Part shown: positions 35,653-47,889 of the stretch, piece by piece | Layout: each line of letters starts with the position of its first letter | Numbering within the stretch: position 1 is the stretch's first letter | NCBI GenBank assembly: GCA_017470005.1 | Contig: JAFUFH010000090.1 | Location: 1-55,062 of the forward strand | DNA length: 55,062 nt | Source of the DNA: Bacilli bacterium | GTDB taxonomy: Bacteria > Bacillota_I > Bacilli_A > RFN20 > CAG-288 | Direction of reading: 5' to 3' | Notes under the pieces: model-generated | Seen by the model: only the letters and a program-made list of their open reading frames with translations | Database searches by the model: none | Told to the model about the DNA's origin: nothing | Program-made: the position numbers and the translations under genes

Positions 35653-36435
35653 TTAGTCTTCCTTTCCTGAGATATTCTTTCTCAAACGTTTGGTTTGTGT
35701 GATTTTCTTGAAGTGAAGAAGGGAGATATTCTTTCCTTTATCTCTGGTGAAGTGGAACACTTTTCCAGCGCAATCTTCTCTCTTTCTTCCTCCATCGATA
35801 TAACAATCAATCTCTCCTTTTTGTACTTCGACAGTGAGAACTTGGTCGCTTTGGAGAATCGCTTTATTGATGGGATTTAATGAGAGAGCATTATAACAAG
35901 GAGCAATGATTGCATATTGATAAATGTCCGGTTGTCCGATGACCACAGGGGATCCTAAAGAAGTGAGATAGCCGGTGGTTCCAATGGGAGAAGAGACCAC
36001 GATACCATTGCAACGGATGTTGGTCAAAGGTTCTCCGTTGATGTAGAGATTTAGGAAGCAAGTCTCTCCCGATTGAATGGCGACATCATTGACAAAATCA
36101 TGGACTTTGCCATCGATGTTCACTTGTAAGAGAGGAAGTTCCATCATCATAGGTTCATGATGGAGGATGTTATCTAAGAATTCTTCTAATTCCTGAATTC
36201 CATAGTCGGAATAGAAGCCCAAATGTCCAGTGTTGATAAGAACAAACATGCCCTTCTTTTGATGGAAATGAATCGCTCTCATCAAAGAGCCATCTCCCCC
36301 TAAAACTATGATGAGAGAAGGGTCTTTTTCGTTGTATACAAAACCATGTTCTTCTAAGCAAGAACGGATATGGTTTACATGTTTGGCATTTTCTTCAGGA
36401 TTGCGAGAATGAATGATAAAGTCTGTGGATTTCAT
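35653..36435 (-). CDS. nadK: NAD kinase
   Basis: GGDGS, GHLGFY and GIVVSSPIGTTGY motifs. Confidence 0.9.
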   Translation of the reverse strand: MKSTDFIIHSRNPEENAKHVNHIRSCLEEHGFVYNEKDPSLIIVLGGDGSLMRAIHFHQKKGMFVLINTGHLGFYSDYGIQELEEFLDNILHHEPMMMELPLLQVNIDGKVHDFVNDVAIQSGETCFLNLYINGEPLTNIRCNGIVVSSPIGTTGYLTSLGSPVVIGQPDIYQYAIIAPCYNALSLNPINKAILQSDQVLTVEVQKGEIDCYIDGGRKREDCAGKVFHFTRDKGKNISLLHFKKITQTKRLRKNISGKED

Positions 36436-36503
36436 CGTTTTGTTTTCTTTATATTTAACGAGATATATTGTATCATATTTATGTATGGAAAAGAGGTTTT
36501 AAT

Positions 36504-37094
36504 ATGTCTAGTAATAACATTGAAATCGAAAGTAAGGTACTCTTATCAAAAGCGGATTATGAAAAAATTGTTCGCAGAATGAATTTTCCTGAAAATGATC
36601 AAGTGCAAACCAACTATTATATGGATAGTGATGAACGCATCTTGAAGAAATACGGAATGATTCTTCGTATTCGTCAATCTGGCGAAGTTTTTGTCTTCAC
36701 CATGAAAGCTCCTTTGAGTGAAGGTTTGTTGGAAAAGAACCAAAATCTCACCGAGAAAGAAGCGGATTCTTTGATCAATCACGGTTTGTTCCCTAGAGGA
36801 GAAATCCAGGATTTCTTAGAGATGTTACAAATCAAACCTGCCTCCTTGAAAGTCTTAGCTACTTTGACCACCACAAGAAAGATCATGGACTTCAAAGGTA
36901 CCACTTTAGATATTTCTAAAAATGTCTACGGAAATCGTGTCGATTATGAATTAGAATGCGATTCTGATTCCGCTATCCGTTCTGAAACGATGTTGAAGAA
37001 CATCTGTGAACAGTTTGATATCCGTTTTAAACTCAACACACTCTCCAAAGAAAACAGAGCCATCAACGCCGCTTTAGAAGACGCTAAGAAATAA
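36504..37094 (+). CDS. CYTH domain protein (YjbK-like)
   Basis: EIESK, QTNYYMD, LRIR and DYELECD motifs; SD AAGAGG. Confidence 0.9.
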   Translation: MSSNNIEIESKVLLSKADYEKIVRRMNFPENDQVQTNYYMDSDERILKKYGMILRIRQSGEVFVFTMKAPLSEGLLEKNQNLTEKEADSLINHGLFPRGEIQDFLEMLQIKPASLKVLATLTTTRKIMDFKGTTLDISKNVYGNRVDYELECDSDSAIRSETMLKNICEQFDIRFKLNTLSKENRAINAALEDAKK

Positions 37095-37168
37095 AATACA
37101 TGCCCTCAATTGAGGGCATTTTTAAAGTAAAAATGTCTATCCCAAGCTAGGATAGACATTCTTTATAT

Positions 37169-38050
37169 TTAGAACAGATGATTGAGAAGGTAGGCTTCAA
37201 AGTAGGGCATCCACCAGTGAAGATAACCGGCCTTCTTAGGATGGATAGGATCGCTTGTGGCCCAAGAATAGAATTCGTCAGAGACCACAGAGTTGAAGGC
37301 TTCATCATAGAACATGTCGATGACACCGCAATCGTATCCTTTTCCTTGATAGTCTTTGACGATATCTTTGACATTGTCGACTAATTTAGCGTAGTTGGTG
37401 CCAGTGGGGTTAATGTTTTTGCGTTTTCCTTCATCGGCAAAATAAGAACCAGAATAGAAATAGATCGGGCAATCCCAGGTTTCCTTGACATATTCGATGA
37501 TGAATTCGACCGCACCTAAAGTGGTAGCGGTATTCTTTTGCCCATCGTGAACACCCATGTTTGCAACAGCTTCGTTTCTTGCGTCGTTAGTGGAGATTTG
37601 ACAGATGAAAGCATCGACATATTTCTCTTTTTTGAACGCGGTAGAACGAAGTAGACGATTGACATAAGAATTATCGCCTTCATTCTTAACATATAAGGTG
37701 GTACCAGAGACGGCTTCTTTTAAGCATTTTGCTCCAGTCTTGGCGGAAAGATATTCGGCCATAGCTACACCCTGAGAGGAAGCTCCATAGGTGACAGAAG
37801 AACCTAAGAAGAGGAAAGTCATGGCACCAAGAAGATGATCTTCTACCTGTTTCACGGTAGAGACATTAAAGGCGCTATCGTTGGCATCGAGAGACATGTC
37901 GGCGTCATCGATGGTGTATTCGGGTTTGTATTTTTCTTCTACGGGTTGAGAAACTGTGGTGTTTTCCTGAGTGGTAGTTGCGGGTTGTTCACCGCAAGAA
38001 AAGAGAAGGGGAAGAAGGGATAAAGTCGCAATCAATTTTTGTTTTTTCAT
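37169..38050 (-). CDS. SGNH/GDSL hydrolase lipoprotein
   Basis: Lipobox LFSC; FLGSSVTYG, STND and DPIHP blocks. Confidence 0.88.
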   Translation of the reverse strand: MKKQKLIATLSLLPLLFSCGEQPATTTQENTTVSQPVEEKYKPEYTIDDADMSLDANDSAFNVSTVKQVEDHLLGAMTFLFLGSSVTYGASSQGVAMAEYLSAKTGAKCLKEAVSGTTLYVKNEGDNSYVNRLLRSTAFKKEKYVDAFICQISTNDARNEAVANMGVHDGQKNTATTLGAVEFIIEYVKETWDCPIYFYSGSYFADEGKRKNINPTGTNYAKLVDNVKDIVKDYQGKGYDCGVIDMFYDEAFNSVVSDEFYSWATSDPIHPKKAGYLHWWMPYFEAYLLNHLF

Positions 38051-38173
38051 AGTTACCTCTGCTTTGTTTACTTTGAAATTATCTTAAGATAATTCTCCAA
38101 AAAGGAACAAAAAAATACATATCCGCCCGTTTTGTTTTCGTAATTTGAAAAAAGTCCCTCTTTGGGAGAGACT

Positions 38174-38677
38174 TTAATCGCATTCCGAACAATCTTGGCA
38201 GACTTCCGCTTTACTTTCTTCTTGGATTTGATTTTTCTTATCGCTGAAGCGATGGAGACATTCTTCTTTGTCTTTACAATTGGCGCAAGTCTCAGCGGCG
38301 ATACGTTTAGCTTCTAAGATAGCGCGTTTGTTTCTTTCAAAGATTTCGATCTCATCCAAATTGTATCCGACTTGAATCTTATCGTCATCCACGATGATAG
38401 GACGCTTTAAGACAGTAGGGTTTTCTTGAATGAATGCGACAAGCTCTTTGACGGACATGGAATCTACATCTAAGTTTTGTTCTTTGAAGATTTTACTTCT
38501 TGTAGAAATGATTTCATCGGTTCCATCTAAGGATTTGTTCAGCATTTCTTTGAGATCTTTTTCGGTGATTTTATGGCGGAGAATGTTGATTTCTTTATAA
38601 GGGATCTCTTGGTGATCAAACCAAGCTTTTACTTTTCTACAAGAAGAACAGCTAGGCGAAAGATAAATTTTAATCAT
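38174..38677 (-). CDS. spx: Spx transcriptional regulator with Cys-rich C-terminal extension
   Basis: SPSCSSCRK, GTDEIISTRS, RPII and QVGYN motifs. Confidence 0.88.
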   Translation of the reverse strand: MIKIYLSPSCSSCRKVKAWFDHQEIPYKEINILRHKITEKDLKEMLNKSLDGTDEIISTRSKIFKEQNLDVDSMSVKELVAFIQENPTVLKRPIIVDDDKIQVGYNLDEIEIFERNKRAILEAKRIAAETCANCKDKEECLHRFSDKKNQIQEESKAEVCQDCSECD

Positions 38678-38679
38678 CG

Positions 38680-39459
38680 CTATTCCTCCTTATTCTCATC
38701 GACCATGATGACAGGCTCATCTTCGATGGTATCTTTATTTTCAATGACATCCGTTGTGCCATCTGTATGTTTAATAAAAGTGACTTCATCATTACCGTTT
38801 TTAAGGACTTTGAAGAAAAGAGTAAAGTAAGCAATCCAGGAGAAGAGCATGGGGATGATACCGAAAGTAGCAATTCCATCAAAGCAATAATGGGCAAGTA
38901 CAAAAGTATCGGGATTGTTCAGTGGATAAGAGTAAAGGATGAAGGGACCAGCAAGAATCAACGTGGCGATGACAGCATAGAGGATAAAAGAAGATACTTT
39001 TCCATGCCATCTAGCTTGACCGAAAGTCTTGTTTCTTCTGGTGAGGATGAGCGTTTCAAAGAACATGAAGATTTCTTTGACTAAGAAGACAGCAAACATC
39101 ACCCAGATAGAGGCGAACATGTGATAACGAATGAGAATGGCTAAACCTGTTCCAAATTGCAATAACTTATCGGCGATAGGATCTAAGACTTTACCAAGAT
39201 TGGAGATTTGATTGAATCTTCTTGCGATGAATCCATCCACAAAGTCTGTATAAGCGGCAGTGACTAAGATAGCGATAGCGATATAAGTAGTTCCTAAAGG
39301 GTTGGGGAGAATATTTTCGGGTAAAAGATAAATCACTAAAAAGATGACCACTAAAATAATGCGGAAATAACAAAGAATATTCGGTACTAAAAGGACATCT
39401 TCTTTGCGGAAATATTTTTTGAGAACTGCTTTAAATATATTATTATCGCCTTTGGTCAT
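38680..39459 (-). CDS. CDP-alcohol phosphatidyltransferase (PgsA-like)
   Basis: DFVDGFIARRFNQISNLGKVLDPIADK signature. Confidence 0.9.
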   Translation of the reverse strand: MTKGDNNIFKAVLKKYFRKEDVLLVPNILCYFRIILVVIFLVIYLLPENILPNPLGTTYIAIAILVTAAYTDFVDGFIARRFNQISNLGKVLDPIADKLLQFGTGLAILIRYHMFASIWVMFAVFLVKEIFMFFETLILTRRNKTFGQARWHGKVSSFILYAVIATLILAGPFILYSYPLNNPDTFVLAHYCFDGIATFGIIPMLFSWIAYFTLFFKVLKNGNDEVTFIKHTDGTTDVIENKDTIEDEPVIMVDENKEE

Positions 39460-39506
39460 TTCTTCACCTTCAAATTAAACAAATAAATTATAGCAATTAA
39501 ATAAAA

Positions 39507-40289
39507 CTATTCAAATAAAATGGAACTAAAAGAGATGTTTTCTTGCAAATTTTGAATATTAACATATTCAATATGTTTCAAAAGTAGCCCTTGAGGTTCC
39601 GCTCTAAGCTTTGGATACTTCTCTTCTTTTCCTTGTAAAAGGTTAGAGATGGTCTCTAAAGATACTTTTCCTCTGCCATATTGAAGGGCAGCTCCTACCA
39701 TGAATCGAATCTGATAGCGAAGGAAGCTTTTTGCTTTAAAATGCAAATATAGGATACCGTCTCTTTCCCTGACGGAGATCTCGTCCACACTTTGAATGGT
39801 GTTTTCTTCTCCTTCCGGAGTAGAAAAAGCACGGAAATCATGTAATCCGACAAAAAGAGATAACGCTTCTTCTATCTTTTCTTTGGAGATAGAGAAAGTA
39901 GGAACGTAAGAGATGGGATTTAAAAGGGGATTTCTTTTCTCTGGAAGTTGAATGAGATAAAGATATTCTTTATAGAGACAAGAATAGCGGGCACTGAAGT
40001 CTTCGTCGACTTCTCTCACATCCTTGATCAACACGTCAACTCCTAATCTCCTTTGAAGGAAATATTTTAAGTGATCCAAATTGCTACCATCAGGGCAAGA
40101 GAAAGAAATGCCATAGTCAAGAGCAGAAACACCTCTATCTAATCTAGAAGAGATGGTGACTTTAATTTCCTGATTAAAAATCAAGGATAAAGCTTCTTCA
40201 AAGTCTCCTTGAATGGTTTTATCTTTCTTCTGTTTTTGCGTGCCAAAGTAATCTTTTCCGTAAAAGGCAATTCGAATCAATACTTTCAT
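39507..40289 (-). CDS. truA: tRNA pseudouridine(38-40) synthase
   Basis: SRLDRGV, HDF and FLRYQIRFMVG motifs; follows ecfT. Confidence 0.92.
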   Translation of the reverse strand: MKVLIRIAFYGKDYFGTQKQKKDKTIQGDFEEALSLIFNQEIKVTISSRLDRGVSALDYGISFSCPDGSNLDHLKYFLQRRLGVDVLIKDVREVDEDFSARYSCLYKEYLYLIQLPEKRNPLLNPISYVPTFSISKEKIEEALSLFVGLHDFRAFSTPEGEENTIQSVDEISVRERDGILYLHFKAKSFLRYQIRFMVGAALQYGRGKVSLETISNLLQGKEEKYPKLRAEPQGLLLKHIEYVNIQNLQENISFSSILFE

Positions 40290-40290
40290 A

Positions 40291-41154
40291 TTATTTTAGT
40301 TTTGGTAATGTGATTTGTAAGGCGGAGAAGAGATCATAAGGGAAGATGGCAAGAAGGATTGCTCCTGTTAAGAAGGAAGCGGCAAGGAAGAGAGAAATCG
40401 TGTCAACAATCGACCAGTGTGTGGTCTTATATTTGGTTCTTTTTGCGTTCGGGTCATAGCCTCTTGCTTCCATAGCGTCGGCTAATTGACCAGAGCTAGT
40501 GAAGGCGGATACAAATAAAGGAATGATGAGGGAGACGATGGATTTGACTTTATCTTTGATTTTACCCTGTTTGTAATCCACACCACGGCTTGCTTGGGCT
40601 TTGATGATTCTATCGGCTTCTTCTTGAAGGGTAGGAACAAAGCGGAGAGCAAGGGAGAGAGCCATGGCGAATTTATGAATCGGAATTCGTATGAGGGAAA
40701 GAGGAAAAAGTAGGAATTCAAGAGCATTTGTTAATTCTAATGGTTTTGTAACACAAGTGAAGATATTGGTCATCATCAAGACAAGAACCAAACGAGCAAA
40801 GATGAAGATGACATTCATGATGCTTGACCAATAGACAGGGAAGTCGTTGATAGAGAAGGCGATATCTCCCGTCTTAGTAGCGGGGAAGAAGACATTGATG
40901 ATAAGGATGATGAAAATCATCAACCATATAGCTTTCAAGGCTCTAAAGATGGTTCCTACGGATACCTTTCCGATGATACAAAGTATCACGAGAATCAAGA
41001 ATAAGAACAAGTCGACCACCAAATTCATGTAAGTTGTTCCATAATCTAGGAAAACAGAGACCATGAAGATGATCATCGTAATGAGTTTTACTCTCGCATC
41101 CATGTGGTGTAAAAGAGTGTTAAAGGAGGTATATTTACCTAATTTGGTATTCAT
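40291..41154 (-). CDS. ecfT: ECF transporter T component
   Basis: LRFVP, AQASRG and AMEARG motifs. Confidence 0.93.
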   Translation of the reverse strand: MNTKLGKYTSFNTLLHHMDARVKLITMIIFMVSVFLDYGTTYMNLVVDLFLFLILVILCIIGKVSVGTIFRALKAIWLMIFIILIINVFFPATKTGDIAFSINDFPVYWSSIMNVIFIFARLVLVLMMTNIFTCVTKPLELTNALEFLLFPLSLIRIPIHKFAMALSLALRFVPTLQEEADRIIKAQASRGVDYKQGKIKDKVKSIVSLIIPLFVSAFTSSGQLADAMEARGYDPNAKRTKYKTTHWSIVDTISLFLAASFLTGAILLAIFPYDLFSALQITLPKLK

Positions 41155-42068
41155 TGTTTCCCTCCTTTCACTCTCGCGATTTCCTCCGCAAGAGTAGAGG
41201 TACTTCTAATGTTCTCTAATCTTATGGGCATTCCTCTTTCTATCAGAGACATAGCAAAGGAGAAGACGATAGGAGGTTCAATAGAAGAAGAGGATAAGAA
41301 TTCCTTATCTTGGAAGAGTTTTAAAGGAGTGCTATCTAAGACCACTTTACCTTGATCTAGAACAATGACTCTAGAACAAGTTCTTAAGACGACATCCATT
41401 TGGTGGGTCGCTAAGATGATGCTCTTTCCTTGATCATATAAATCTTGAATGAGATGGAAGAATTCTCTTTGTCCTCTCACATCTAAACCAACAGTTGGCT
41501 CATCTAAGACAAGAATATCAGGTTCCATCGCTAAAATACCAGCGATGGCAACTCTTCTTTTTTCTCCGCCAGAGAGCTCGAAAGGAGAGCGTTCATAAAA
41601 AGATTCATCCAAATGAACCATCGTTAAAGCTTTCTTTGCTTTTTCGATGGCTTCTTCCTCAGTGCAACCGAAGTTTTTAGGGCCGAAAGAGACATCTTTG
41701 AGAACGGTCTCTTCAAAGATTTGATATTCTGGGAATTGGAAAACGATACCGACGGTTTTTCGGATTTCTTTCACTTGAGGAAGTTTCTTCTTGTGAAGCT
41801 TCTTCATCTTTCGATAATTCACTTTTCCATTCTTTTTTACTTGAACAGGAAAATCAAGAACATGCTCGTTGATTTGAACTCTTCCACTGTCAGGAAGAAG
41901 CAAAGCGTTGAGGTGTTGAATGAGAGTAGACTTTCCAGACCCAGTCTTACCGATCAGAGCAGTAAAACAATGGTCATCAAAAGTGAGGCTGATGTCTTCA
42001 AGAGCTCTCTTGCTATCAGGACGATTGAGGTTATAAGTGTAATACACTTGGTTTAATTGGATGGGCAT
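41151..42068 (-). CDS. ecfA2: ECF transporter ATPase A2
   Basis: GKTGSGKS, FQFPEYQ and SPFELSGG motifs. Confidence 0.93.
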   Translation of the reverse strand: MPIQLNQVYYTYNLNRPDSKRALEDISLTFDDHCFTALIGKTGSGKSTLIQHLNALLLPDSGRVQINEHVLDFPVQVKKNGKVNYRKMKKLHKKKLPQVKEIRKTVGIVFQFPEYQIFEETVLKDVSFGPKNFGCTEEEAIEKAKKALTMVHLDESFYERSPFELSGGEKRRVAIAGILAMEPDILVLDEPTVGLDVRGQREFFHLIQDLYDQGKSIILATHQMDVVLRTCSRVIVLDQGKVVLDSTPLKLFQDKEFLSSSSIEPPIVFSFAMSLIERGMPIRLENIRSTSTLAEEIARVKGGKQ

Positions 42069-42931
42069 AACACCTCCAATAATTCTTCATCGTTCTTTAC
42101 TTCCGGAACATCCACGCCATTTTTTCTTAAGACTTTGGCAAGCTTGTGAGAGAAAGGAATATCGAGATGAATGCTTCTCAATAAGTCGTCATTTTCAAAA
42201 ACAACTTCGGGTCTATCATCCAAAATGATTTCCCCGTGATTTAAGACTAAAACACGGTCAGAATCATATGCGTCATCAATTTCGTGCGTGATGGTAAGAA
42301 TGGTCAAATCGGGATCCTCTTGTTTTCTTTCTTTGATGATAGCGCGGATTTCTTTTTTACCTTTCGGGTCAAGCATGGCTCCGGCTTCATCAAGGATTAA
42401 AATCTTAGGGCGTCTTGCGATAGCCCCAGCGATAGCCACTCTTTGCTTTTGACCACCAGAAAGATTGGAAGGTTCACTTTTTAAATATTCTTCCATATCG
42501 ACTTTTCTTGCACAATCTTCGATGATGGCATCCATATCTTTATAGGGAACTTGATTGTTCTCTAATCCAAAAGCGATATCATCTCTCACGGTAGAACCGA
42601 TGAATTGAGAATCGGGGTTTTGAAAGACAAGACCGATATCTTTTCTCAAGATCAGAGCGTTTTCGTCGGTCATTTTCACACCAAAAATATAGATGTCACC
42701 TTCGTTTTGAACCAAGATGCCATCAATCAATTTCGAAAGAGTAGATTTTCCGCTTCCATTGTGACCGATGATAGAGACTCTTTCTCCTTTTTTGATATCG
42801 ACACTGACGTTTTTGACGTTGAGTTTTCCCGTTTCATAGCCAAAAGAAAGGTTACTTAGATAGATGGCGCTATCTAAGGGGATGTTCTCATCGCGCTTCG
42901 TCAGTTCTAATTCTTTCTTCTTACTTCTCAT
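42053..42931 (-). CDS. ecfA1: ECF transporter ATPase A1
   Basis: GHNGSGKS, FQNPDSQF and LSGGQKQR motifs. Confidence 0.93.
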   Translation of the reverse strand: MRSKKKELELTKRDENIPLDSAIYLSNLSFGYETGKLNVKNVSVDIKKGERVSIIGHNGSGKSTLSKLIDGILVQNEGDIYIFGVKMTDENALILRKDIGLVFQNPDSQFIGSTVRDDIAFGLENNQVPYKDMDAIIEDCARKVDMEEYLKSEPSNLSGGQKQRVAIAGAIARRPKILILDEAGAMLDPKGKKEIRAIIKERKQEDPDLTILTITHEIDDAYDSDRVLVLNHGEIILDDRPEVVFENDDLLRSIHLDIPFSHKLAKVLRKNGVDVPEVKNDEELLEVLCPSN

Positions 42932-43145
42932 TCTTATGGTTCTCTTTGTGGAACTTGCGGATTTGATAAATCCAGTAAGCAGCTAATCCAAGGAGATATA
43001 AACTACCCCAAACCACCGCAAAAATCCAGGATTTATCTGGAATATTTGTTTCGTTAGCGATGGTGAATAATAACGCGAGGACCATCAATGCCACCAAGGT
43101 GATGACAATGGTAGAAATCGCACATCTAATTGTCGGAAATTTCAT
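42921..43145 (-). CDS. Small 2-TM hypothetical protein
   Basis: Two hydrophobic helices; tightly packed between operon genes. Confidence 0.7.
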   Translation of the reverse strand: MKFPTIRCAISTIVITLVALMVLALLFTIANETNIPDKSWIFAVVWGSLYLLGLAAYWIYQIRKFHKENHKNEK

Positions 43146-43148
43146 AAA

Positions 43149-43625
43149 TTAAAAGCGAATCTCAGGGATTTTACCCTCATAATGTTCATAAACGATGCCA
43201 GCCATGTCTAACATTCTTCTAGCAGCAACTTCATCATCGGTATCATGGTATTTATCGGAGAGATAAACAATCTTCTTGATACCAGATTGGATGATGGCTT
43301 TGGTGCATTCATTGCAAGGGAAAAGAGTGACATAGACAGTGGAGCCTTGCAAATTGTGATTGGAATTTAAAATCGCGTTAAGTTCTGCGTGGCAGACATA
43401 AGGGTATTTGGTTTCAATTCTAGGTTTACCAGAATCAGAACCTGCCCAAGGGATACAGTGATCATCCACGCCATGAGGCATACCGTTATAACCTAAAGAG
43501 AGGACTTTGTGATCATCTGAAACGATGCAAGCACCCACTTTGGTATGAGGATCTTTGCTTCTTAAAGAAGATAAGATGGCAATAGACATAAAGTATTCTT
43601 CCCAGGAAATGTTATCAAATGTCAT
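43149..43625 (-). CDS. dCMP deaminase
   Basis: RSKDP, HAELNA and PCNEC Zn motifs; SD AGGAGG. Confidence 0.93.
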   Translation of the reverse strand: MTFDNISWEEYFMSIAILSSLRSKDPHTKVGACIVSDDHKVLSLGYNGMPHGVDDHCIPWAGSDSGKPRIETKYPYVCHAELNAILNSNHNLQGSTVYVTLFPCNECTKAIIQSGIKKIVYLSDKYHDTDDEVAARRMLDMAGIVYEHYEGKIPEIRF

Positions 43626-43643
43626 AATGGACCTCCTTTTCAA

Positions 43644-44057
43644 TTAGTGTAAGTTATTGGAGATAGAGAGACGATTGAGCGCTCTCTTGAGTTTGATCTC
43701 CGCACGGTAATATTCTCTTTGAGATTCGGCTTCTTCTAAGGCTTTTTCGGCGTTTTCTTTGGCTCTTAAGGCTCTTTCTTTATCGATATCTTCGGCTCTT
43801 TCAATGGAGTTTACCAAGAGGTAAGCTGTGTTTTCTTTTTGAACGACTTGGATTCTTCCTCCACCGATAGAATAGATGTGGACATGACCATTTTCGTTGA
43901 CTGTGAGTGGAGAGATTTCTAGTTTAGCAATCAAGTCCGTGTGATGGGGGAGAATACCTAATTGCCCTTTCTCTGTGGTCACGTTAAAAGAGAGGACGTT
44001 ACCGTCAAAGAAAGTCTTATCCGCTAAGAGGATTACAAGTCTCATTTCACTAGCCAT
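43644..44057 (-). CDS. atpC: ATP synthase epsilon
   Basis: GQLGILPHH motif; position in operon. Confidence 0.95.
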   Translation of the reverse strand: MASEMRLVILLADKTFFDGNVLSFNVTTEKGQLGILPHHTDLIAKLEISPLTVNENGHVHIYSIGGGRIQVVQKENTAYLLVNSIERAEDIDKERALRAKENAEKALEEAESQREYYRAEIKLKRALNRLSISNNLH

Positions 44058-44071
44058 TTTTTAGTCCTATA

Positions 44072-45484
<1,413 letters not shown>

Positions 45485-46357
45485 TTATTCTTCTTTCTTT
45501 CCTGCGTTGGCGCCAGCCACAACCTCGGTGATTTCCTGAGTGATGGCGTTTTGACGGGATTTGTTGTATTGCAATTGTAATTGTTTGACGATTTTGTCTG
45601 CAGCATCGGTTGCCGTTTCCATGGCGTTGCGGCGAGATGCTAATTCTGATAGTTCACTTTCTATCAGTCTTTGATAAATTTGAGAATCGATGCTATAGGT
45701 GATGACATTCTCTAATACCGTATTAAGATCTGGTTCAAAGAGAGGTTCATAATCATAACTATCTTTTCTAAGAGATAGAGCTTCTACATCCAAGGGCAAT
45801 AATGTGTGGAGGGAGGGGAGGAAGGTCATGGAGTTTTTATATTGGGTGTAAACAAGGACAACTTTTTGATATTTCCCGCTCTTGTAATCTCTGACAATGG
45901 AATGGCGAAGTCTTCTGACTCTCGACATTCTGAATTCCTCTAACAAATGGATATATTCTTCGTTGATTTCGACTTCTTTGTTCTTATAGTGGGTATAGCC
46001 CTTTGTTCCAATCAAATAAAGGCCGTCTCCTTCTTTCAAGATAGGATCGAGAGTCTTAAACAAGGAATAGTTATAAGCACCGCAGAGTCCAAGAGAAGAA
46101 GTGACTAAGATATAAAGCGTCTTTTCTCCTTCACTCTCTTTGATATAAGGGTTAGAAGAGAGCTCCTCAAAAGGAACACTCTCGAGAGTGGTGATCAACA
46201 TGCGCTGCATCTGAGAAGAATAAGGGCGACTTTCATCATAGTATCTTCTCCACCTTTGATATTTCACGGTGGCGACAAGTTTCATCGCTTTGGTGATTTT
46301 CTCGGTGGATTTGATGGTCGCAATTCTTCTCCTTGTGTTGACTAAGGATTCTGCCAT
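45485..46357 (-). CDS. atpG: ATP synthase gamma
   Basis: KITKAMKLV, GLCG and RQNAITQEI motifs. Confidence 0.98.
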   Translation of the reverse strand: MAESLVNTRRRIATIKSTEKITKAMKLVATVKYQRWRRYYDESRPYSSQMQRMLITTLESVPFEELSSNPYIKESEGEKTLYILVTSSLGLCGAYNYSLFKTLDPILKEGDGLYLIGTKGYTHYKNKEVEINEEYIHLLEEFRMSRVRRLRHSIVRDYKSGKYQKVVLVYTQYKNSMTFLPSLHTLLPLDVEALSLRKDSYDYEPLFEPDLNTVLENVITYSIDSQIYQRLIESELSELASRRNAMETATDAADKIVKQLQLQYNKSRQNAITQEITEVVAGANAGKKEE

Positions 46358-46363
46358 GTTAGA

Positions 46364-47869
46364 TTATCTTTCTAAACCTGCCTTGATTGCTTCCACTGCT
46401 TCGTCGATGAGAGCTTTGGTCTCATCCTTTAATAATTTGGTCTCTTTGAGAGAAGTGTAGACTTCATTGTGATTAGAGTGGAGATATGAGCGGACACTTT
46501 GAAGGACATTTTGAATCTGAGCGAGAGGAACATCGTCGAGTTTCTTAGATTGAGCGACATAGATATCGATGACTTCATCCTCCATAGAGAGAGGAGAATA
46601 CTGTTTTTGTTTTAAGACTTCCATCAACACAGCACCGTGATTGAGGATGTTTTTGGTGGTGGCATCTAAGTCAGAACCAAAACGAGAGAAGTCTAACATT
46701 TCGTTGTAGTTTGCAAGTTCAATCTTCAAAGAAGAGGCGACACTCTTCATGGCTTTGATTTGGGCTGCAGAACCGACACGAGAAACGGAAAGACCGCTGT
46801 CGACAGCAGGTCTTTGACCAGCGTTGAAATAATCGGTGGTCAAGAAAATCTGACCATCGGTGATAGAGATGACATTGGTAGGAATGTAAGCAGAGATATC
46901 GCCAGCTTGGGTTTCAACGATAGGTAAAGCGGTAAGAGATCCGCCACCTTTTTCATCGCTGAGCTTACAAGAACGCTCTAATAATCTAGAGTGTAGATAG
47001 AAGATATCACCAGGATAGGCTTCTCTACCAGGAGAACGCTTCAACAAGAGAGACATGGCTCTATATGCGACAGCGTGTTTGCTTAAATCATCGTAGATGA
47101 TGAGAACGTTTTTGCCTCTTCTTTCCCAATATTCACCGATAGCGGTAGCCGCATAAGGAGCAACATAAAGCATCGGAGCGGTCTCGGAAGCGGAGGCGTT
47201 GACGATGACGGTGTGATCCATAGCACCGTGGTCTTTCAACTTTGCCACAATCTGAGCAATAGTGGAGTTTTTCTGACCGATGGCGCAATAGATACAAATG
47301 ACATCTTTTCCGTTTTGGTTGATGATGGTATCGATAGCGATAGCAGTTTTACCAGTTTGACGGTCACCGATGATCAATTCTCTTTGTCCTTTACCGATCG
47401 GAATCATAGAGTCGATTGCTTTGATACCAGTCTCTAAAGGTTCAGAGACACTTTGACGGTCCATGATAGAGGGAGCATTGGCTTCGATAGGATAATAATC
47501 ATCCGCTTCAATCTCTCCTAAACCATCGATAGGAGCACCAAGCGCATTGACGACTCTTCCCATCATCTTATCTCCGACAGGGACAGAGACAACCTTTCCG
47601 GTGAGCTTGACGCTATCGCCTTCATAAATGTCGGTATCTTTTCCTAAAAGAACACAACCGACACTGTCTTCATTTAAGTTTAAGACCATACCATAGACAT
47701 TATTTTCGAATTGTAAAAGCTCACCATACATGGCTTTGTCTAGTCCGTAAACGGTGCAGACACCATCGCCGACAGAGATGACGGTTCCGACGTCGCTAGT
47801 TTCAATTTTATCGTTGTATGAGCTGATCTCTTTTTTGATCAGATTTGTGATTTGATCGATATCTGCCAT
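46364..47869 (-). CDS. atpA: ATP synthase alpha
   Basis: GDRQTGKT and PGREAYPGD motifs. Confidence 0.99.
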   Translation of the reverse strand: MADIDQITNLIKKEISSYNDKIETSDVGTVISVGDGVCTVYGLDKAMYGELLQFENNVYGMVLNLNEDSVGCVLLGKDTDIYEGDSVKLTGKVVSVPVGDKMMGRVVNALGAPIDGLGEIEADDYYPIEANAPSIMDRQSVSEPLETGIKAIDSMIPIGKGQRELIIGDRQTGKTAIAIDTIINQNGKDVICIYCAIGQKNSTIAQIVAKLKDHGAMDHTVIVNASASETAPMLYVAPYAATAIGEYWERRGKNVLIIYDDLSKHAVAYRAMSLLLKRSPGREAYPGDIFYLHSRLLERSCKLSDEKGGGSLTALPIVETQAGDISAYIPTNVISITDGQIFLTTDYFNAGQRPAVDSGLSVSRVGSAAQIKAMKSVASSLKIELANYNEMLDFSRFGSDLDATTKNILNHGAVLMEVLKQKQYSPLSMEDEVIDIYVAQSKKLDDVPLAQIQNVLQSVRSYLHSNHNEVYTSLKETKLLKDETKALIDEAVEAIKAGLER

Positions 47870-47889
47870 ATTGTTTTCCTTTCCTCAGG

